From the NCBI GenBank assembly GCA_030324005.1, contig JARDVH010000001.1:146479945-146538840 (forward strand): a stretch of 58,896 bases of DNA, written 5' to 3'. The notes beneath the pieces were generated by a model that was not told the DNA's origin, did no database searches, and saw nothing but the letters and a program-made list of their open reading frames with translations. The DNA comes from Negaprion brevirostris. Its lineage: Eukaryota. This document shows, one piece after another, positions 24,305 through 39,522 of the stretch. A program made the position numbers and the translations under genes. The stretch's first letter is position 1; each line of letters starts with the position of its first letter.

Positions 24305-25745
24305 CTTTCATTGGATCTGAGCATTGCTGCTAAGGCCAACATTTGTTACCCATCCTTATTTCCCCTGGAAATGGTGTTGAGCTAACTTTTTGAACCACTG
24401 CAGTTCTGTTGTAGTACAGTCAAGAGGGAGATCCAGGATTTTAACCGCAGAGATAAGGCAGAAACAGTAATATAGCTCCATGGTAGGATAGTTTGGGGCT
24501 TGGAAGAGAACTTGTAGGTTTTGGTGTTCTCATGCATGACCTTTGTGTTGGAGGTCATGGGTTTGAGGAGTGCTGTTAAACAAGGCTTGGCGCATTGCTT
24601 CACGGCATATTGTTTTATGATGTACACTGCTGCCACCATGTGCCAGTGATGCATCAGGCAGGCTTTATCTGGACAACGTTGAGCTGAGTGTTGTTGGACA
24701 GGCTTTAGGGAATCAAGAGGGGCGTTGCTCATCAATCTCTGACCTGCTTATTGTACGTGGCCAGTCCTGGTCAATGGTTACTGCCAGTATGTTTATGTGG
24801 GGGATTCAGTGATGGTAATGTTGAACATTAAGAGATGATTATATCCTTGCTGGAGGTGATCATTGCCTCACATTTGTTTTACAAATCTTACCATTCGCTT
24901 TTCAGCCCAAGTCTGAATGTTGCCCAGGTTTTGCTATAAAAGGACAAGATTGCTTTCAGTATTTGGGGAATCACGTATGTTACCAAAAGCTGTGTAATTA
25001 TCACTGAACATCCCCACTTTTGGGCTCATGATGGAGGGAAGGTCATTGACGAAGCAGCTGAAGATGGCTGGACCCAGGACACTTCCCTGAAGAACTCACG
25101 AAGCAATGCTCTGCAGTAGGAATGACTGACCGCCAACAACCACAACTAACTTTTGTGCTGGATAACACACTAGTGTGTGGCAAGTTTTTCCCCCAATTCC
25201 CACGAACTTCAATTTTTCTAAGGCTCCTTGACGCCACAATCAAATGCTGCCTTGTTTCCAAGGGAAGTCACATTCATCTCATTCCGGGAATTCAGCTCTT
25301 TTGTCCAGTTTGGACCAAGGCTGTAAGGAGCTCTGGAGCTGAGTGGACCCAGCAGAACCCAAACTGAGCATCCCCGGCAAACTGTTGTTAGGTGCCATTC
25401 AATAGCACTGTCAACAACACTTTCACTTTGCTGATAATTGAGTGTAGACCAATGGATTGCTATTGGTTCAACTGAATTTGTTCTGCTTTACGTGGACAGA
25501 ACATACATGGGTAACTTTCCATTTTGGCAGTGTTGAAACTTCACGAACAGTTTGGCTGGGGAGCATGAATACCTCAGGAGTACAAATCTTCAGTACTACT
25601 GCCAGGATGCTGTCAGGGATCGGAATTGAATTAGTTGAAGGACTGGCATTAGTAATGCTGGAGACCTCAAAAGGAGGCTAAGATGTGTCATCTACTCAGC
25701 AGTTCAGGCTGAAAGTAGTGCAGAATGCTTCAGCCTGGTCTTTTG
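24305..25745 (-). mobile_element. Same LINE family as 37500-39200, decayed
   Basis: Reverse-complement homology to that element's tail and RT region. Confidence 0.65.
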
Positions 25746-25929
25746 CACTTTAAACGGTCACTGAAAGATGCCTTGGGAACCTTAATGAATCTGTGCAAAG
25801 AACGGTAGCAGAGTTGTGTGACTATTTCAAATCAGTCTTCAATCCTCAGGTCATGCTCAAATGATTGCATAATAAAGTTTAGCAACGCAGAGGTCATAGG
25901 GGATTTGATAGTCTGGGGAACAGTACGAT

Positions 25930-26660
25930 ATTCCGATTACCACCAACATAATTCTACTACTGAGTGATGCCTCTTTGATTTCAGGGGTAAAAGAAACCAT
26001 TGAATGACTGCATAACACTAGCAGAATACCAGAAGTCATGGTAAATATTGGAAATAATATAGGTAGAAATGGTCAATGCCATACAAATTCAACAGCCAGG
26101 GAGAAAATGCAAGGAGTTGGATCTCCAAGTATCTCTGGATTATCCCCACAATCATACGTTAGTGTGTATTGGAGTAGTATGCTAAGGCAAGTAAAACTGG
26201 CTGGAAAAATAGTGCAGGAGGGAGGGATTCAGATTAAGGCGCTATGGATTTTGGGAACAGTTTGCATCGCAGCAGGGCTAGAACCGACGTCCATACAGGA
26301 TACTTTGTTAATGGTACGGGGCGAGTTGAAAACCAACTTGGGAAGGGACAGAGTATCAGGACAAACTATGAGAGAAGAGATACAAGATGCAGAGAACTGG
26401 AAGAGACAAACAGCACTAGAATAAAGTGTAGTTCAAAAATATGAGGGACCAAACGATGGGGAAATGAGAGGCAGATTAAGATAGATTTGGAGTGCATGTG
26501 GATAAATGCACAGATCATGGTAATTAAGGTTGGCAAGATGCAAGCACAACAGGTTATGACAGTGGAGACACAAACATGGAGACGTATGGACACTTAATAT
26601 TCCCGGCTGCAACATCATCAGGGAATACAGGGAAGGAACCAAAGTTGCAAGGTAGTACTC
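25930..26660 (+). mobile_element. CR1 ORF1-esterase/ORF2-endonuclease junction fragment
   Basis: VMVNIGNNIGR and ISGL, then LECMWINAQ...LNIPG. Confidence 0.6.
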
Positions 26661-26674
26661 ATCAAATTCTATCA

Positions 26675-26881
<207 letters not shown>

Positions 26882-27665
26882 TTAACATCAAATCAAATAA
26901 AACTGAAGCTTGAGGAAATGACTGAAGTCAAAAAAATTTATAGCATGAAAGACACAGGATGGTGTATAGTTTCGTTCTATGTTTTAGGGTAGCAGTAGAT
27001 ACAAGTGCAGCTATAAACACACTAATAAATGTTATCAACCTGAAACAATTAACAGTTTCTCTGTCACAGATGATGCCCAACTTGCTGACTATTTTCAGTA
27101 AATTTCAGATTTGCAATAATCACAACATTTTACTTTTTGCCCTGAAACTACACATCCATGTCAAGTGCTTGCGTTCAGCATGTTGTAGATGTAAGAACAG
27201 CAAGAAATGTTACAATAAAAAAACATTTGAACGCAGCACAATTGAAAGAAACATTTTTCATCAGTCATGTCATTTGGATCAAGCAACATAATCCAATTAC
27301 CCAAATTTTGGAGAGAAGTCGTGATTAAACGTTTTGCGATGCACTTCAAAACTATTCCATGAAGCGGCCACAAATTAACTATTTTGCAAAGGCCAGTTTA
27401 TTTTTTTTAATCAGCAGAAAGAAGCAAGAGGTTTGTGCAAAGAGTATTAACAGTGATTCTGTTGCCAAGTTGAATGCTTGGTCAAAATGAAAAATACAGG
27501 AGGGGTTGGGGGCAATTTCCCAGTGGAGACCACTTAGCCAGCTTCCCACTGGGTGCCACGGCCACCGAGCGCCAGATTTCCAGCACCATCAGCTCCGCGC
27601 CAGAAATCAGCAGGGAGCTATATAAATTATGCCAATGGGGATTAGTATATCATTAGCGGGTGCGG

Positions 27666-27742
27666 CACAGACAGTGGCCCAAGTCAGGAATCGAACCCGA
27701 GTCCCTAACAGTGAGACAGCAGTGCTAACCACTGTGCCACGG
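27666..27742 (-). mobile_element. SINE tRNA-head fragment
   Basis: ggaatcgaacccg...gcagtgctaaccactgtgccac. Confidence 0.7.
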
Positions 27743-27779
27743 TAGTTAACAGTGCCCTCAAATGTCATTACTTATACTT

Positions 27780-28020
27780 CTGTCCCCATGGCTTTCCCTC
27801 CTTGCCAGAACCCCATGCTGCGACTTCCCACCCACTACCCTCCGTATTCTGCGATTTCCACCAACTCCAGCAAGATGTCAACACCGAACACACTGTTTCC
27901 TCCCCGTTCCCATAAGCTAGCTGAAGGGAGCCTTTCCCTTTGCAACATTCTCTACCCACTCCTCTACCACACCTACCACCTCAACATCTTTGCACAGCAC
28001 CTTCCCATGCACTTGTACAA
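27780..28020 (+). mobile_element. Decayed Penelope-like ORF fragment (RT to GIY-YIG linker region)
   Basis: attctgcgatttccaccaactccagcaagatg...aacacactgtttcctcccc recalls the ILRHFRxLQxDxTTKHIFPSPP segment of Penelope-like polyproteins; frameshifted. Confidence 0.45.
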
Positions 28021-30031
28021 GTCTATGAATGAGATAGGTGGGATACACATAAAGTGCCAACAGTTACTCAAGTCATGTTGGAAACCGGTTTAGAATCGGA
28101 GTCTCAGGCATGTATGACAAAGTGAACATTTCAATTGTAGGTCAAAATCAAATCAGCTTTTGTTAGTGAAAACTCCTCCTCAGACTTAGTACAAGGTAAG
28201 TTAGCGTCTTTTCACAAATTCTGGAAGTCTGAATCAGAAAAGGAGGCATCTTCCTAAGAATAGCAAATCAGTGATTAAGTTTGATTTGTGATTAATGAAA
28301 AACAAGAAATGTGTTCCGATTGTGTACAATTCACACAAGTGCTGAATTTTAGGGCGGATGAAGCCCATCCCATTTTACATGCCCTTCCCTTGTAGGAAAT
28401 ACCCCCGCCAAAAATACGTAAAGTTCGGCCTCTTGTAACTTTATCCACTCCGGAGGAAGTGTAAAGCACCCTCGTGGTTATTTGCAAGTTTACTTACAAG
28501 ACAAAACTGAACTAACATCAGTAACTGGCAGCCATATTCTCCGAGTAATTTTGTATCAGCAACTTTAGATACGATTTTAGACATATTAAATTTGTTTGAA
28601 CTGGTTCACAAAATGGTGAGCTAGCCAAAATTAAAAAGCATGTTTTATTTTGATTAGTCATTCAAAACCAGCATTAACTGCCCTTGAGAAGGCTGTGGTG
28701 AACCACCTTCTTGAACCATTGCTGTCATGTGGTGTAGACACACTCATTGCTGTTAGGAAACAAGTTCCAGGATTTTAATGTAGCCAAGTTCAAGATATTT
28801 GTGCAGGATTGCATGCTATTCATGATTTGTGTATCTTTCTGCACATCTTCCTTGAAGGTATGTAAAGGTAAGAAGGACTTTTTTTTATATATCACATCAA
28901 TGAACACATTGGTACAACTAACTGTTTTAAAGAACACCACACAAGGTGGTAGTTTTGGATTTTAGAGCTATTATACATACTTGAGTATAGTCAATCTCAA
29001 AAGTTAACCCTCTTTTCACCAAGTCCAAAGTCTGTACTCAACACGTGGATGTTGCTGAAAATCAAACCCACCCTCATACAAACCTATTCATTAGTAGAAT
29101 AGCATACCATGGAAGGTAACTGTTCTGTTCAGTTCAGCGTCTGAACATGTTAGCAAGTGCTGGCAAGGTTACCACAATGCTACCTTCCCACCAATCCCAC
29201 CCTCTGATATGGCCAAGAGTAAATGTGCAAAGACAGGAAAGCCTAGCATGTGGCCACAGTTAGAAAATATATGAATGGACTCTTAATTTCTACTGGATCA
29301 ATCCAAATCTTCGCCCTGAGGCGAGCGAGAAATTTAGGCGTTGCACATTTTAAACTAGCTCTGGACAGCGCACAAGATTTATGAAGAGAAACCATTTTAA
29401 ACTNNNNNNNNNNNNNNNNNNNNNNNNNNNNNNNNNNNNNNNNNNNNNNNNNNNNNNNNNNNNNNNNNNNNNNNNNNNNNNNNNNNNNNNNNNNNNNNNN
29501 NNNTTTCACAGCATCTTCCAACAATAGTTTATAATAAAACTTCCGACAAAAGAATGGACATGGATTTGGCCTATACTGGTAACAAGGGTGAGACTGCCAC
29601 GAATTTTGACATGCCAGCCACCTTGCGAGCAAGTTGAAGTGTCAGTGAAGACAGCTGGCCATGAAAAAGAAAAAGGTTATTACTTCTAAATAAAAATTCA
29701 AGGATATAGATATTTTTAGGTTCCTTTTTCACTACTTTTGGGGTGGTTTGGGTTGGAGTTAGCAGGAACCATTTCCAATCAGGCAACTCTGCAGTAGCAA
29801 CTATGCCGTAGCAAAATGGCAGAGGAAAGTGAAATTCAACTCCTCAAAATATTATCCGTCTAGAAGTCAAACCCCTACTTTTTGGCTAAAAATTTGATCT
29901 TAAGTATACACGGTTACACAACGTCATAGCTCTTGTCCCAGACAGGAATTTACAAGTCAGTACACTTGAATGTGAATTCTGTTCAAGGAAAACCACATTC
30001 AGAGTGCAAATTTCACTCGAACAATCCCTCA

Positions 30032-30244
<213 letters not shown>

Positions 30245-30504
30245 TCACAAGTTCCTAGTTGCGAAAGTTCCATACCTTATGTGGATCAATGTAAATTTGA
30301 TCTGAATGTAATTTTTCTTTGATGTCTCAAGCTTTACGACAAATTTTCAGACAAGCACTTTGAAAGACAAAAATGGTGTTAAACTACCACAAATATGAAC
30401 TAAAGGGCCTGAATTTTACTGTTCTGTAATAAACCCTTCTGCCTTTGTTCTCTTTTTAGGAAATTCTTAAAATCTAACTGTTTAAACAGTTCAACAATTA
30501 AACA

Positions 30505-31325
30505 ATCGGATTGCAATGAGATCTTGATCAATTGGACCAATGGGTTGACGAATGGAGTTTAATTTAGATAAATGTGAGGTGATGTATTTTGGTAGACTGA
30601 ACCAGTACAGGACTTACTCAGTTAATAGTAGGGCATTGGGGAGAGTTACAGAACAAAGATCTAGTGGTGCATGTTCATGGCTCCTTGAAAGTGGAGTCAC
30701 AGGTGAACAGAGTGGTGATGAAGGCATTCGGCATGCTTGGTTTCATTGGTCAGAACAATGAATACAGAGTTGGGACATTTTGTTGGAAGTTGTGCAAGAC
30801 ATTGGTAAGGCCACACTTGGAATACTGTGTGCAGTTCTGGTCACCCTATTATAGAAAGGATATTATTAAACNNNNNNNNNNNNNNNNNNNNNNNNNNNNN
30901 NNNNNNNNNNNNNNNNNNNNNAAGAAGAGCTGGATAGATTGGGACTTTTTCCTCTGGAGCATAGAAGGCCAAGGGATGATCTTATAGCCTATAAGATAAG
31001 GGGGGGAAATAGATCAGCTAAATAGTCAATATCTTTTCCCAAAGGTAGGGGAGTCTAAAACTAGAGGGGATAGGTTTGAGAGAGGGGAGAGATACAAAAG
31101 ACTCCAGAGAGGCAATTTTTTCATACAGAGTGGTGAGTGGCTGGAGCAAGCTGCCAGAGGTAGTAGTAGAGGTGGGTTCAATTTTGTCTTTTAAAAAGCA
31201 TTTAGACAGTTACATGGATGAAGATGGGTGTAGAGGGATATGGGCCAAATGTGGGCAATTTAAAAGAGGTGGCATGGACAAGTTGGGCTGAAGGGCCTGT
31301 TTCCATGCTGTAAACCTCTACGACT
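30505..31325 (+). mobile_element. CR1 LINE 3' fragment inside the U12 intron
   Basis: MEFNLDKCEVMYFG and LVRPHLEYCVQFWSPYY; tail gggctgaagggcctgtttcc. Confidence 0.9.
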
Positions 31326-31564
31326 CAGGAGGAAACGGCATCGAGGGGACTAAATATGAGTAAATGAAACAGCATCCTGCTATGACATTCAATCGTGTTT
31401 AGTGTTCAAGTTTAATGTTATTAGGTTAGTGACTGGGTTCGGTAATCTATCAAAAGTAATCAGGTTACAATAATCTGCATTGTCAGTTACTACAACCGCA
31501 TCAGCATGCTGCCAGCAATGTCTGCCAATTTTTGAAAGAACTAGCAGCTCATCCCCCTCGAGCC

Positions 31565-31604
31565 ACTTATGGAATGGTACTTATGGAAGTACTTATGGAA
31601 TGGT
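31565..31604. repeat. Three-copy tandem repeat acttatggaa(tg)gt
   Basis: Units 31565-31578, 31579-31590 and 31591-31604. Confidence 0.85.
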
Positions 31605-32148
31605 ATTACATGGGTATTTTTGATGGGGTGCAATTTTAACAGGTTACTCATCAGAATCGAATATAATGCTGACTCTGAAAAAAAGGTGCTTCAGAAGCAA
31701 ATACCCATGCTACATAAGCTCAAGAACTGCAGTGGGCCATTCAGACCCCTGAGGCTGTTTTGCCAACAAAAGGGTCATAAATGTACAAAGGCCCTGTTGC
31801 TAACTCTGGGCACATTTGGGTAATGACAAGAGTGAGAAACTTGCATGTTGCTGCAGAAAGGAGGCCCAGCCTATTCTAACTCGTGTGACTTTAACACAAT
31901 GCAGTACATTCCTGGTTAGAATGGGTAAAAAGAGCAGCATGAGAGACCACCCCAAAATAAGGTAGATGTTGGGATGGAGCAGGTGTGAAAAATAATCTAG
32001 CCATAAGGAGCAGTTCGCTCAGCCAAGAAAAGAAAAAGACTTTTTTCAGCCTCTTCTCATCTCAATTTACTTGACTACCAGTGAAGATTTAAATCTGTCC
32101 TGTGAAGAGTTTAATGATGTGGTCACATGCAGATCATCATTTGATCTA

Positions 32149-32337
<189 letters not shown>

Positions 32338-35300
32338 TTACTTGATGATTTTGTTGCAAAATTCACAGCAATGCTATGGTTCAAAGCACACACCATTTAG
32401 ACTGGAAAAACACTTCTTTCCAATACTCCCCAACCAAGTTATTTTTTCCACAACATAAAGATTTCTCAATTATCAACCATATCCCAGAACAGGTTAGACA
32501 TCAAACGGCCGTTTCCCATGTTTCTGCCACTCTAAATCCATTACTTGATGAGAAAAATTGAGAGTCAGTTCCTTACTGTGACAAATTATATTGCCTCACC
32601 TTCTCTCAATGGACATCACTGAGTCAGGAATGATGAGGGAAACAAAGTTAATGTCATTTGCTGCTACCTTATCAAGCCTAATCCAAATTTAAGTTTTCTT
32701 CAGAAGGCAAACAAGGCTCATCCTGCAAGCATAATTGCTGAGCGATGTAACGTTCACAAGACTATTGTTTGTATTAGTAGCTTCCTTTGGTTGGCAACAT
32801 TGACACAGTGGTAACCATTCACTGTAAATAGTAACAATCGCATCTGAAATTGCCAAACTATGACTTGTCAATTATCTGTGATTCTGGGTATCAGAAGTAA
32901 TTTATAATCTTCAAAAATTAACAGAAAATTACACAAACTATACTTAAGGTGAGCTGCTGGTATTGAAATAGACCTTACACAAAGTTTTCAGTCAGTCCTT
33001 TCTGTCCAGTTGTGGCTCTCCATCACAACTTTCATGTGCAGACATGCTTCCACTAACCTGCTGCATCATCTAACCACCCCCCATATAGCATGAAATACAA
33101 GCATCATTAATGTTTAAGTAAAGTGAAACTAAGGCAAAATATTAGGGATATTTAAGTATAAAAACACTCCCAGAATATTCTTGATAGTGTGAGTATGTGC
33201 AGAAGGGGGTAAAAGCAATCTCATTAACTTTACTCTTCCAGATCTCTCAGCACAAAATTCTTTATAAAAAGAAATATCTGCTAGAAGAATTTCTTCTTCT
33301 ATGAAAAACCAAAGAATGCAGTAATGCAAGGCTAAACTCAATCTGAACTCGTTCCTGACCATTGTGGGGAGCAGTATCCAAGAACCAAGTTAAATAGGCT
33401 CATCACTAACATAAGCTACCTGCTCCCTTTTCCAGTTGAGATGGCTTTGTATCCCAGGAGGTGCTGAGGCCAACTGTAGCATCTCTGTTGTCTGGAAATT
33501 TTGATCAGGTATTGACCTAGCACAAGTAATTTTTCATTTAAAAAAATCTGCAAATGGAATATAAATGGAAAATGCTAGAAATGAATAGTAGTCAGGTCAC
33601 TATCTGCAACGAGAAAAGACAGGTTGATGTTCTCTCGAAATTGAAAGTGCTCTTTTCATAGTCTTAACTGCTGAATTCTGCACTTGGTGTAAATAATTAC
33701 AGAACCAGCAGGAAACTACAAAATCTCAGGCAGCTTCACCCAAATATTGATATGCTTGATGACTATATGCAGGAGGCAGAAAACTGCAATGCCAAGTGAA
33801 AGCAATAGAGGTCAAATCACAAATCTATTGAAATAACAGATGTGAACGTTGCTTTAAATAAAAAAAAAGTATTCTGAAACAAATTAATTTTGGATAATTT
33901 CTGTAAAATTGTACATGAAATGAACTTATAAATTGCAACTGTATAATGGCATTAGCTGTAGATCAGTTTAGTGCATTGGAAGGATCAGTTGAATGCCAGA
34001 TTGCATTTCTCACCATTTCTAATGATTGTAGAATCTTAAAATAAAAACAAAACTAGACTAGAAAAGTGGGAAAAAATGATGGAAAAGGTGCATAATCATA
34101 CAGGACAGGAGTTAGCAACAAAAATAAAAATCAGTTTTTTTTTTGTAGGGACATAGTGAATTAGAATTCATTGCAAATAAATGAGCTACGTAAAAGAGGG
34201 GTGCATTCCATTTTATACTACTGAATTATTGGTAAACAGCAGTCATTTAGTGAAATCAATTCCTAAATTAGCTGATTTTTAAAACAGCTGAGCCATAAAG
34301 ACCAAGGATGTATTGTGCAGGTACACTAAATTGCTGCTTCATATGAGGTGAGGGAATAAAAATAAAGACTTGAAAATGATTCTCAGTAAGGAATTAAACA
34401 TGACACTTATGACAGCAAGATTTTTTTTTTAAAAAAAAGGAGGATCTTATGGCTGTGGAATTTACTACCAGTTAAGTGATTGAATAAGCAGTGAGATGGA
34501 CATTTAAATTGGTTTAGTAAATGATTGAAGGGAAAAGAATAAAAAGGATGAGAATAAAACAATCTAGGTAGAAGAGCAATATGAGATTAAGATTACTGTT
34601 CACGCAAAGGATAAAATGAACTTAGAATGAAAACTGAAATTAAATCAGATCAAGACCAACATACGTCACGTTTGGAAAATACTGACAAGAAAAATACTTT
34701 AGGCTTGGCCAGCCATTCCTTTTTACTTTGAATTTAATAGGTTAAAACTGGAGAAGACAGGAAAACTTGGTATATATCCCTATTTCAACAAAAGAAAATG
34801 AAAAAACTGCCAATGCTACAGATAAAAATAATGCAATTTCTTCTTGCTTCAAATTGTTAAACGTTGGTGCAGCTTGTTCTTCCACCACTGGACAAATGAA
34901 AAGTCAACCAATTCTTAATGTTTTCATAAAATGCCATTACTGCGGATGCAAGTTTCCCTTTATTGTATAATGTAATTCCTTTTACTTGTGAAATCTGGTC
35001 ATTTTACAATTGATTTCCCCCATTACAGTTTCTCTTTTCCTGTGTGTAAATCCAGATTAACGTCTACTCACTTTTGTACTGCCTTGGAAAGGCAATGAGA
35101 CAACTCTGTAGTTCCATGTTAACTAAAATTTATCCTTGCATTTTTCCTAAAAATTCTGCATTTTTAAAGAATTAAGTTTTTTCTCACTAGGATGCAAGCG
35201 TTTCTGTACATTGTGATCAACTGAAATGCTATTGCACATGGTCGGTAAAAAAAGATTAAAACCCAGAAATAATTAGGTGCGTTTCTGGAAACAGAACCAA

Positions 35301-36014
35301 CAGCTCAAGGATTAAAGGCACAAAGTTTGGGTGATGTAAAAAAAAAGGGACAATTGGCTGAGCCTCAAGCCTGCTGTGGTTGAGACTAAAGCCTGCAGTC
35401 AACANNNNNNNNNNAGTCAACAAGTTCTTGTGATTTTACCATTCCCAATTAATGACCTCTCCCACATTTAAACATTAATCTAATGAAACAGAAGTTAAAC
35501 CAAGCATTGCCTGAACAATTATAAATACCTGAAATAACATGCGCAGCAGCAAGAAAAGTCAGTAAACGGTGCACAAGGTAACAATAAAATCAAGCCTGAC
35601 AAATTACTGCGCTCATTCAATATACACCACTGCTCTCAGATTGCAGAATAATATCCAAGTTTACTTTAAAAAAACTAGAAGAAAGTTAGAGCACTGGGCA
35701 ACGTGTGCAAAAGATTAATTGTTTTTCTTTACCCGATACATAATGCCAAAAATGCAGAGACAGGCACTAAGTCAAAATAACAAAATCCGATACAAAGAGA
35801 TTGACCAGAGTTGTCCCAAAAAGTCAACTTTGCCTCAGCCGAAGTAGCTTGTAGTGGCAAGGAACACATGAGAAAATGAAGGCTAAGATCCACTTTAAAA
35901 AGAAATCTCTTCGCACTTCATACAGCCTACGAGAAAACCATTTTTTTTGTTAAAAATCAAAGCACTTTCTTCAATGATACAGCAACTTAACCCAGTGTAG
36001 GTGAACAACTACCA

Positions 36015-36790
36015 CAACTTGTATTGATGTTGTACCTTTAAGACAGTAAAACAATGCCAGATGCTTCACAGCAGCACGACAAATTAAAATTTGACACCAA
36101 GACACATGGCATTAGGGCAGAGGACCAAAAATTTGGTAAAGATTAGGTTTTAAGGATCATTTTAGAGGGAAAAAAGGCAGACAGGATTAGGGAGGAAGTG
36201 CCAGAGCTCGGAGATTTGCAGCTGGAAGCATGTCTGCCACATGCAGCAATCGTAGTCAGGTATTCTCAAGCCAAGAACTGGTGAAGTGCAGATATCTTGA
36301 TTGTATGGCTGCAGGAGATCAGAGGTCGGATGGGGTGGGTCCGCGATGGAATTTGAAATTAAGGGTTTTAAAACTTAACCAGCAGTTCAAAGTCAGTCAA
36401 CGCGCAGAGGATGATAGGCAGATTGAATGTGGTGCAAGTTAGGAAAATTGGATGTGGCGCAAGTTACTCAAGCAGCTGTGTTCTGGATGATCTTAAGCTT
36501 TTGAATGGCACAACATGGAAGTGAGTCAACAGTGTTGGAATAGTCAAGTCTGGAGGTAACAAAGGCACGGATGACAGTTTCAGCACCAAATGATTTGAAG
36601 CAGGACAGGAGTCAAGCAATTTTGCAGAGGTGAAAATGGCTGTTCTTAACGATGCCCTGGATATTTTGTTTGAGGCACAATTATGAGACCGAGGTGCAGT
36701 CTGGCTCAGTCTCAAGACAGTTTCTAGGCAGGACAGAGTCAGTGGCTAAAGAAGAGCTTGTAGCAGAGAATGAAGACAGCGACTTCAGTT
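36015..36790 (-). mobile_element. L2-type LINE 3' fragment
   Basis: Similar to 7463-8200; gtcaagtctggaggtaacaaaggcacggat encodes (I)RAFVTSRLD on the minus strand. Confidence 0.6.
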
Positions 36791-37499
36791 AGGTCTCAAA
36801 TTTGGTCTGTACTGAGTTAGCTGAACTACGCAGTTAGGAGAAAAATAAAGATTTCCAACAGATAATTATTCAGGTCACCCTTGCTAGTAAAAAAAGGATT
36901 GCATTTTGCAGTAACATTTCTCCTCTACCTTCTTTCGCCACCCTTTCCCAACACACAATGAATAATGATTAAATTTAGTTAGAGTCAATCTTCACCTGCA
37001 GAATGGCAAGAGCAAAGAGTGATCACCCCAAGGACAGAATACATGAGAAAAATAATTATCCAAAACTTCTATGGGGAAGTGTGTGGCTCAGTGCTATTGT
37101 TACTGGACTAGAATTTAGAAACCCACAGTGAAGAGCTTGGGAACTTTAATTCAATCAATAAAGATCTGGAATTAAAAATCTAATGACGACCATAATACCA
37201 TTGTCAATTGTCACAATAACCCCCCCAATTCATTAATGTTTTTCAGAGAACGTAAATTTGTTCTTAGCTGTGGTTAACTAACAGCCCTCTGAGATACCCT
37301 GCAAGCCAGTTATATCACAATTGCTAGAAGGCAATAAGAAATGAAACCAGGTAGGCCACCCAACACCAACCTAGGTACCTGTCTCACTGGCAGAGGTGGC
37401 TGCCCCGAGAGTCCTCATCGTTGACTCTGGACTCATACAAGTCTCTCAGTATCAGGTNNNNNNNNNNNNNNNNNNNNNNNNNNNNNNNNNNNNNNNNNN

Positions 37500-39200
37500 G
37501 GGCACCTCAATGTCCATCAAGAGCACTTCCATTGTACCACTACCAGTCAAGCTGACCAAGCGCTAAAAGGACATAACTGCTAGACTGGGCCTGTGGCAGG
37601 TGGTGAGAGAATCAAGAGGGGAAAAGTAACTTGACTTCATCCTCAATCAGCCTATCACAAATGCATCTATTCCATTCTCAATGATGGGGGAGCTCAGCTC
37701 TTAAAGCTCAAGCATTTGCAATAATCTTCAGCTAAAGTGCAGATTGGATGATCCATTGCTGCCTGTTCCGGAGATCCCCAAGCACAGACCAGTATACAGT
37801 CAATTCAATTCACTCCACTTGGCATAAAGACAATACTCCGGCAATAATACTAAAGACTTGTGCCGCAAAATTTGTGCCCCTAGCGAAGCTGTTCCAGCAC
37901 AGCAACACTGGCATTATCCAGAAATAGAAAATTGCTCAGGTATGTTCTGTACCGAAAAAAACAAATCCAACTAGGCCAATTACCACCCCCATTAGTTTAT
38001 TCTCTATCATAAGTAAAAGGTGATGGAAGGGGTCATCAACAGCACAATCAAGTGGTATGTGTTTACTGCTCACGGATACTCAATTTAAGTTCCATCAGGG
38101 CCACTCAGCATCTGACCACATTACTGCTTTGATTCAAACATGAACAGAAGAGGTGAAGAGAGAGTGACTGTCCTTGACATCAAGGCAGCACTTGACTGAG
38201 CATGGCATCCAGGAGCCCGAACAAAACTGAAGTCAATGGGGGCGAGAAAGCTCTCTGCTGGTTTGAGTCATACCTAGCACAAAGGCAGATGGCTGTGGTT
38301 GTTGGAGGCCAATCATTTCAGTTCCAGAACATCACTGCAGGAATCGGGCAGGGTAATGTTCCAGACCCAAACACCTTCAGCTGCTTCACCATTGATCTTC
38401 TTTCATCATAAGGTAGCATTCATGACTCCCCAGATACTGGAGCAACCCATGTCCAAATGCAGCAAGATCTGGACAATAACCAGGCCTGCACTGACAGGTT
38501 ATTTGTGCCACACCAGGCAATAACCATTTCCAACAAGAGACAATCGAACCACAGCCCCTTGAGATTAATTGGCTGTGGCATCACAGAACCCCCCACTATC
38601 AATATACTGGGGGTTACCATTGATAGAACCTGAACGAGCCATATAAATACTGTGGTTACAAGAGCAGATCTGTGGCTACGAATTTTGCAGCGAGTAACTC
38701 AAAACCTGTCCATCTACAAGGCACAAGTCAATACTCTCCATTTGCCCAGATGAATGTAGTTCCAACAACACTCAAGAAACTCAAAACCATCCAGAACAAG
38801 GTAGCCTGATTCACTGGCAGTACATGTACAAACAGACTAATCCCTCTTCCATTGACACACAGTGGCAGCAGTACGTACCATGTACCAGATCACTGCAGGA
38901 ACTCACCAAGATTCCTCAGACAGCACCTTGACCGCCATCCAGGAGAATAAGGGCAGCACAATCATGGGAATGCCACCACCTAAAGTTGCCCTCGAGGAAA
39001 CATACCCCAGCTTAGAAATATATCAGCATACCTTCAGAGTCACTGGGTTGAAATCATGGAACTCCCTACCAGCACTGTGAGTGTACCTACATCACATGGA
39101 CTGCAGCAGTTCAAGACGGCAGCTTATCACCACCTTCTCAATAGCAATTAGGAATAGCATTAAACGCCAGCTTAACCAGCGATGTCTATATTTATGAATG
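37500..39200 (+). mobile_element. CR1/L2-superclade LINE, 3' portion
   Basis: VLDIKAALDxxWH RT motif, NILGVTID, YKAQV, SWNSLP, FKTAAYHHLL; tail aatgaat. Confidence 0.8.
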
Positions 39201-39437
39201 AATATTAAAGACAAAATGAAAGTACTTTGCTCTGCAAACTAATACATCTATGAATGTTCCCTTACTGCCACTCCAACCCCCTCCCATTATTAACCATAAA
39301 AATTACAGCAATCCAAGGAATGTTCACATTATAAAAACATATAGATGCAAAAACACAAGAGGCACTTTATTTTTAGGTCTGTTAGCAAACAATTAAAGAC
39401 AAATTAATTCAAAGCCATTCATCCAAAGTTAACTTAC

Positions 39438-39522
39438 CTCCATGTTCTGCATACTTTGGATTGCTAAGAATTTGTTTGCAGAACTTCAACCCATGTCTGT
39501 ATTGCTTGTGTTCATAGCATTT
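39438..39522 (-). CDS. NAA15: NAA15 exon 2 (85 nt) [28 protein letters not shown]
   Basis: Acceptor tcacag, donor gtaagt; manual translation matches NAA15. Confidence 0.95.

Noticed and set aside
31565-31604. Short repeats resembling a CRISPR array
   Set aside because: No spacers, only three short units, and a eukaryotic intron context.
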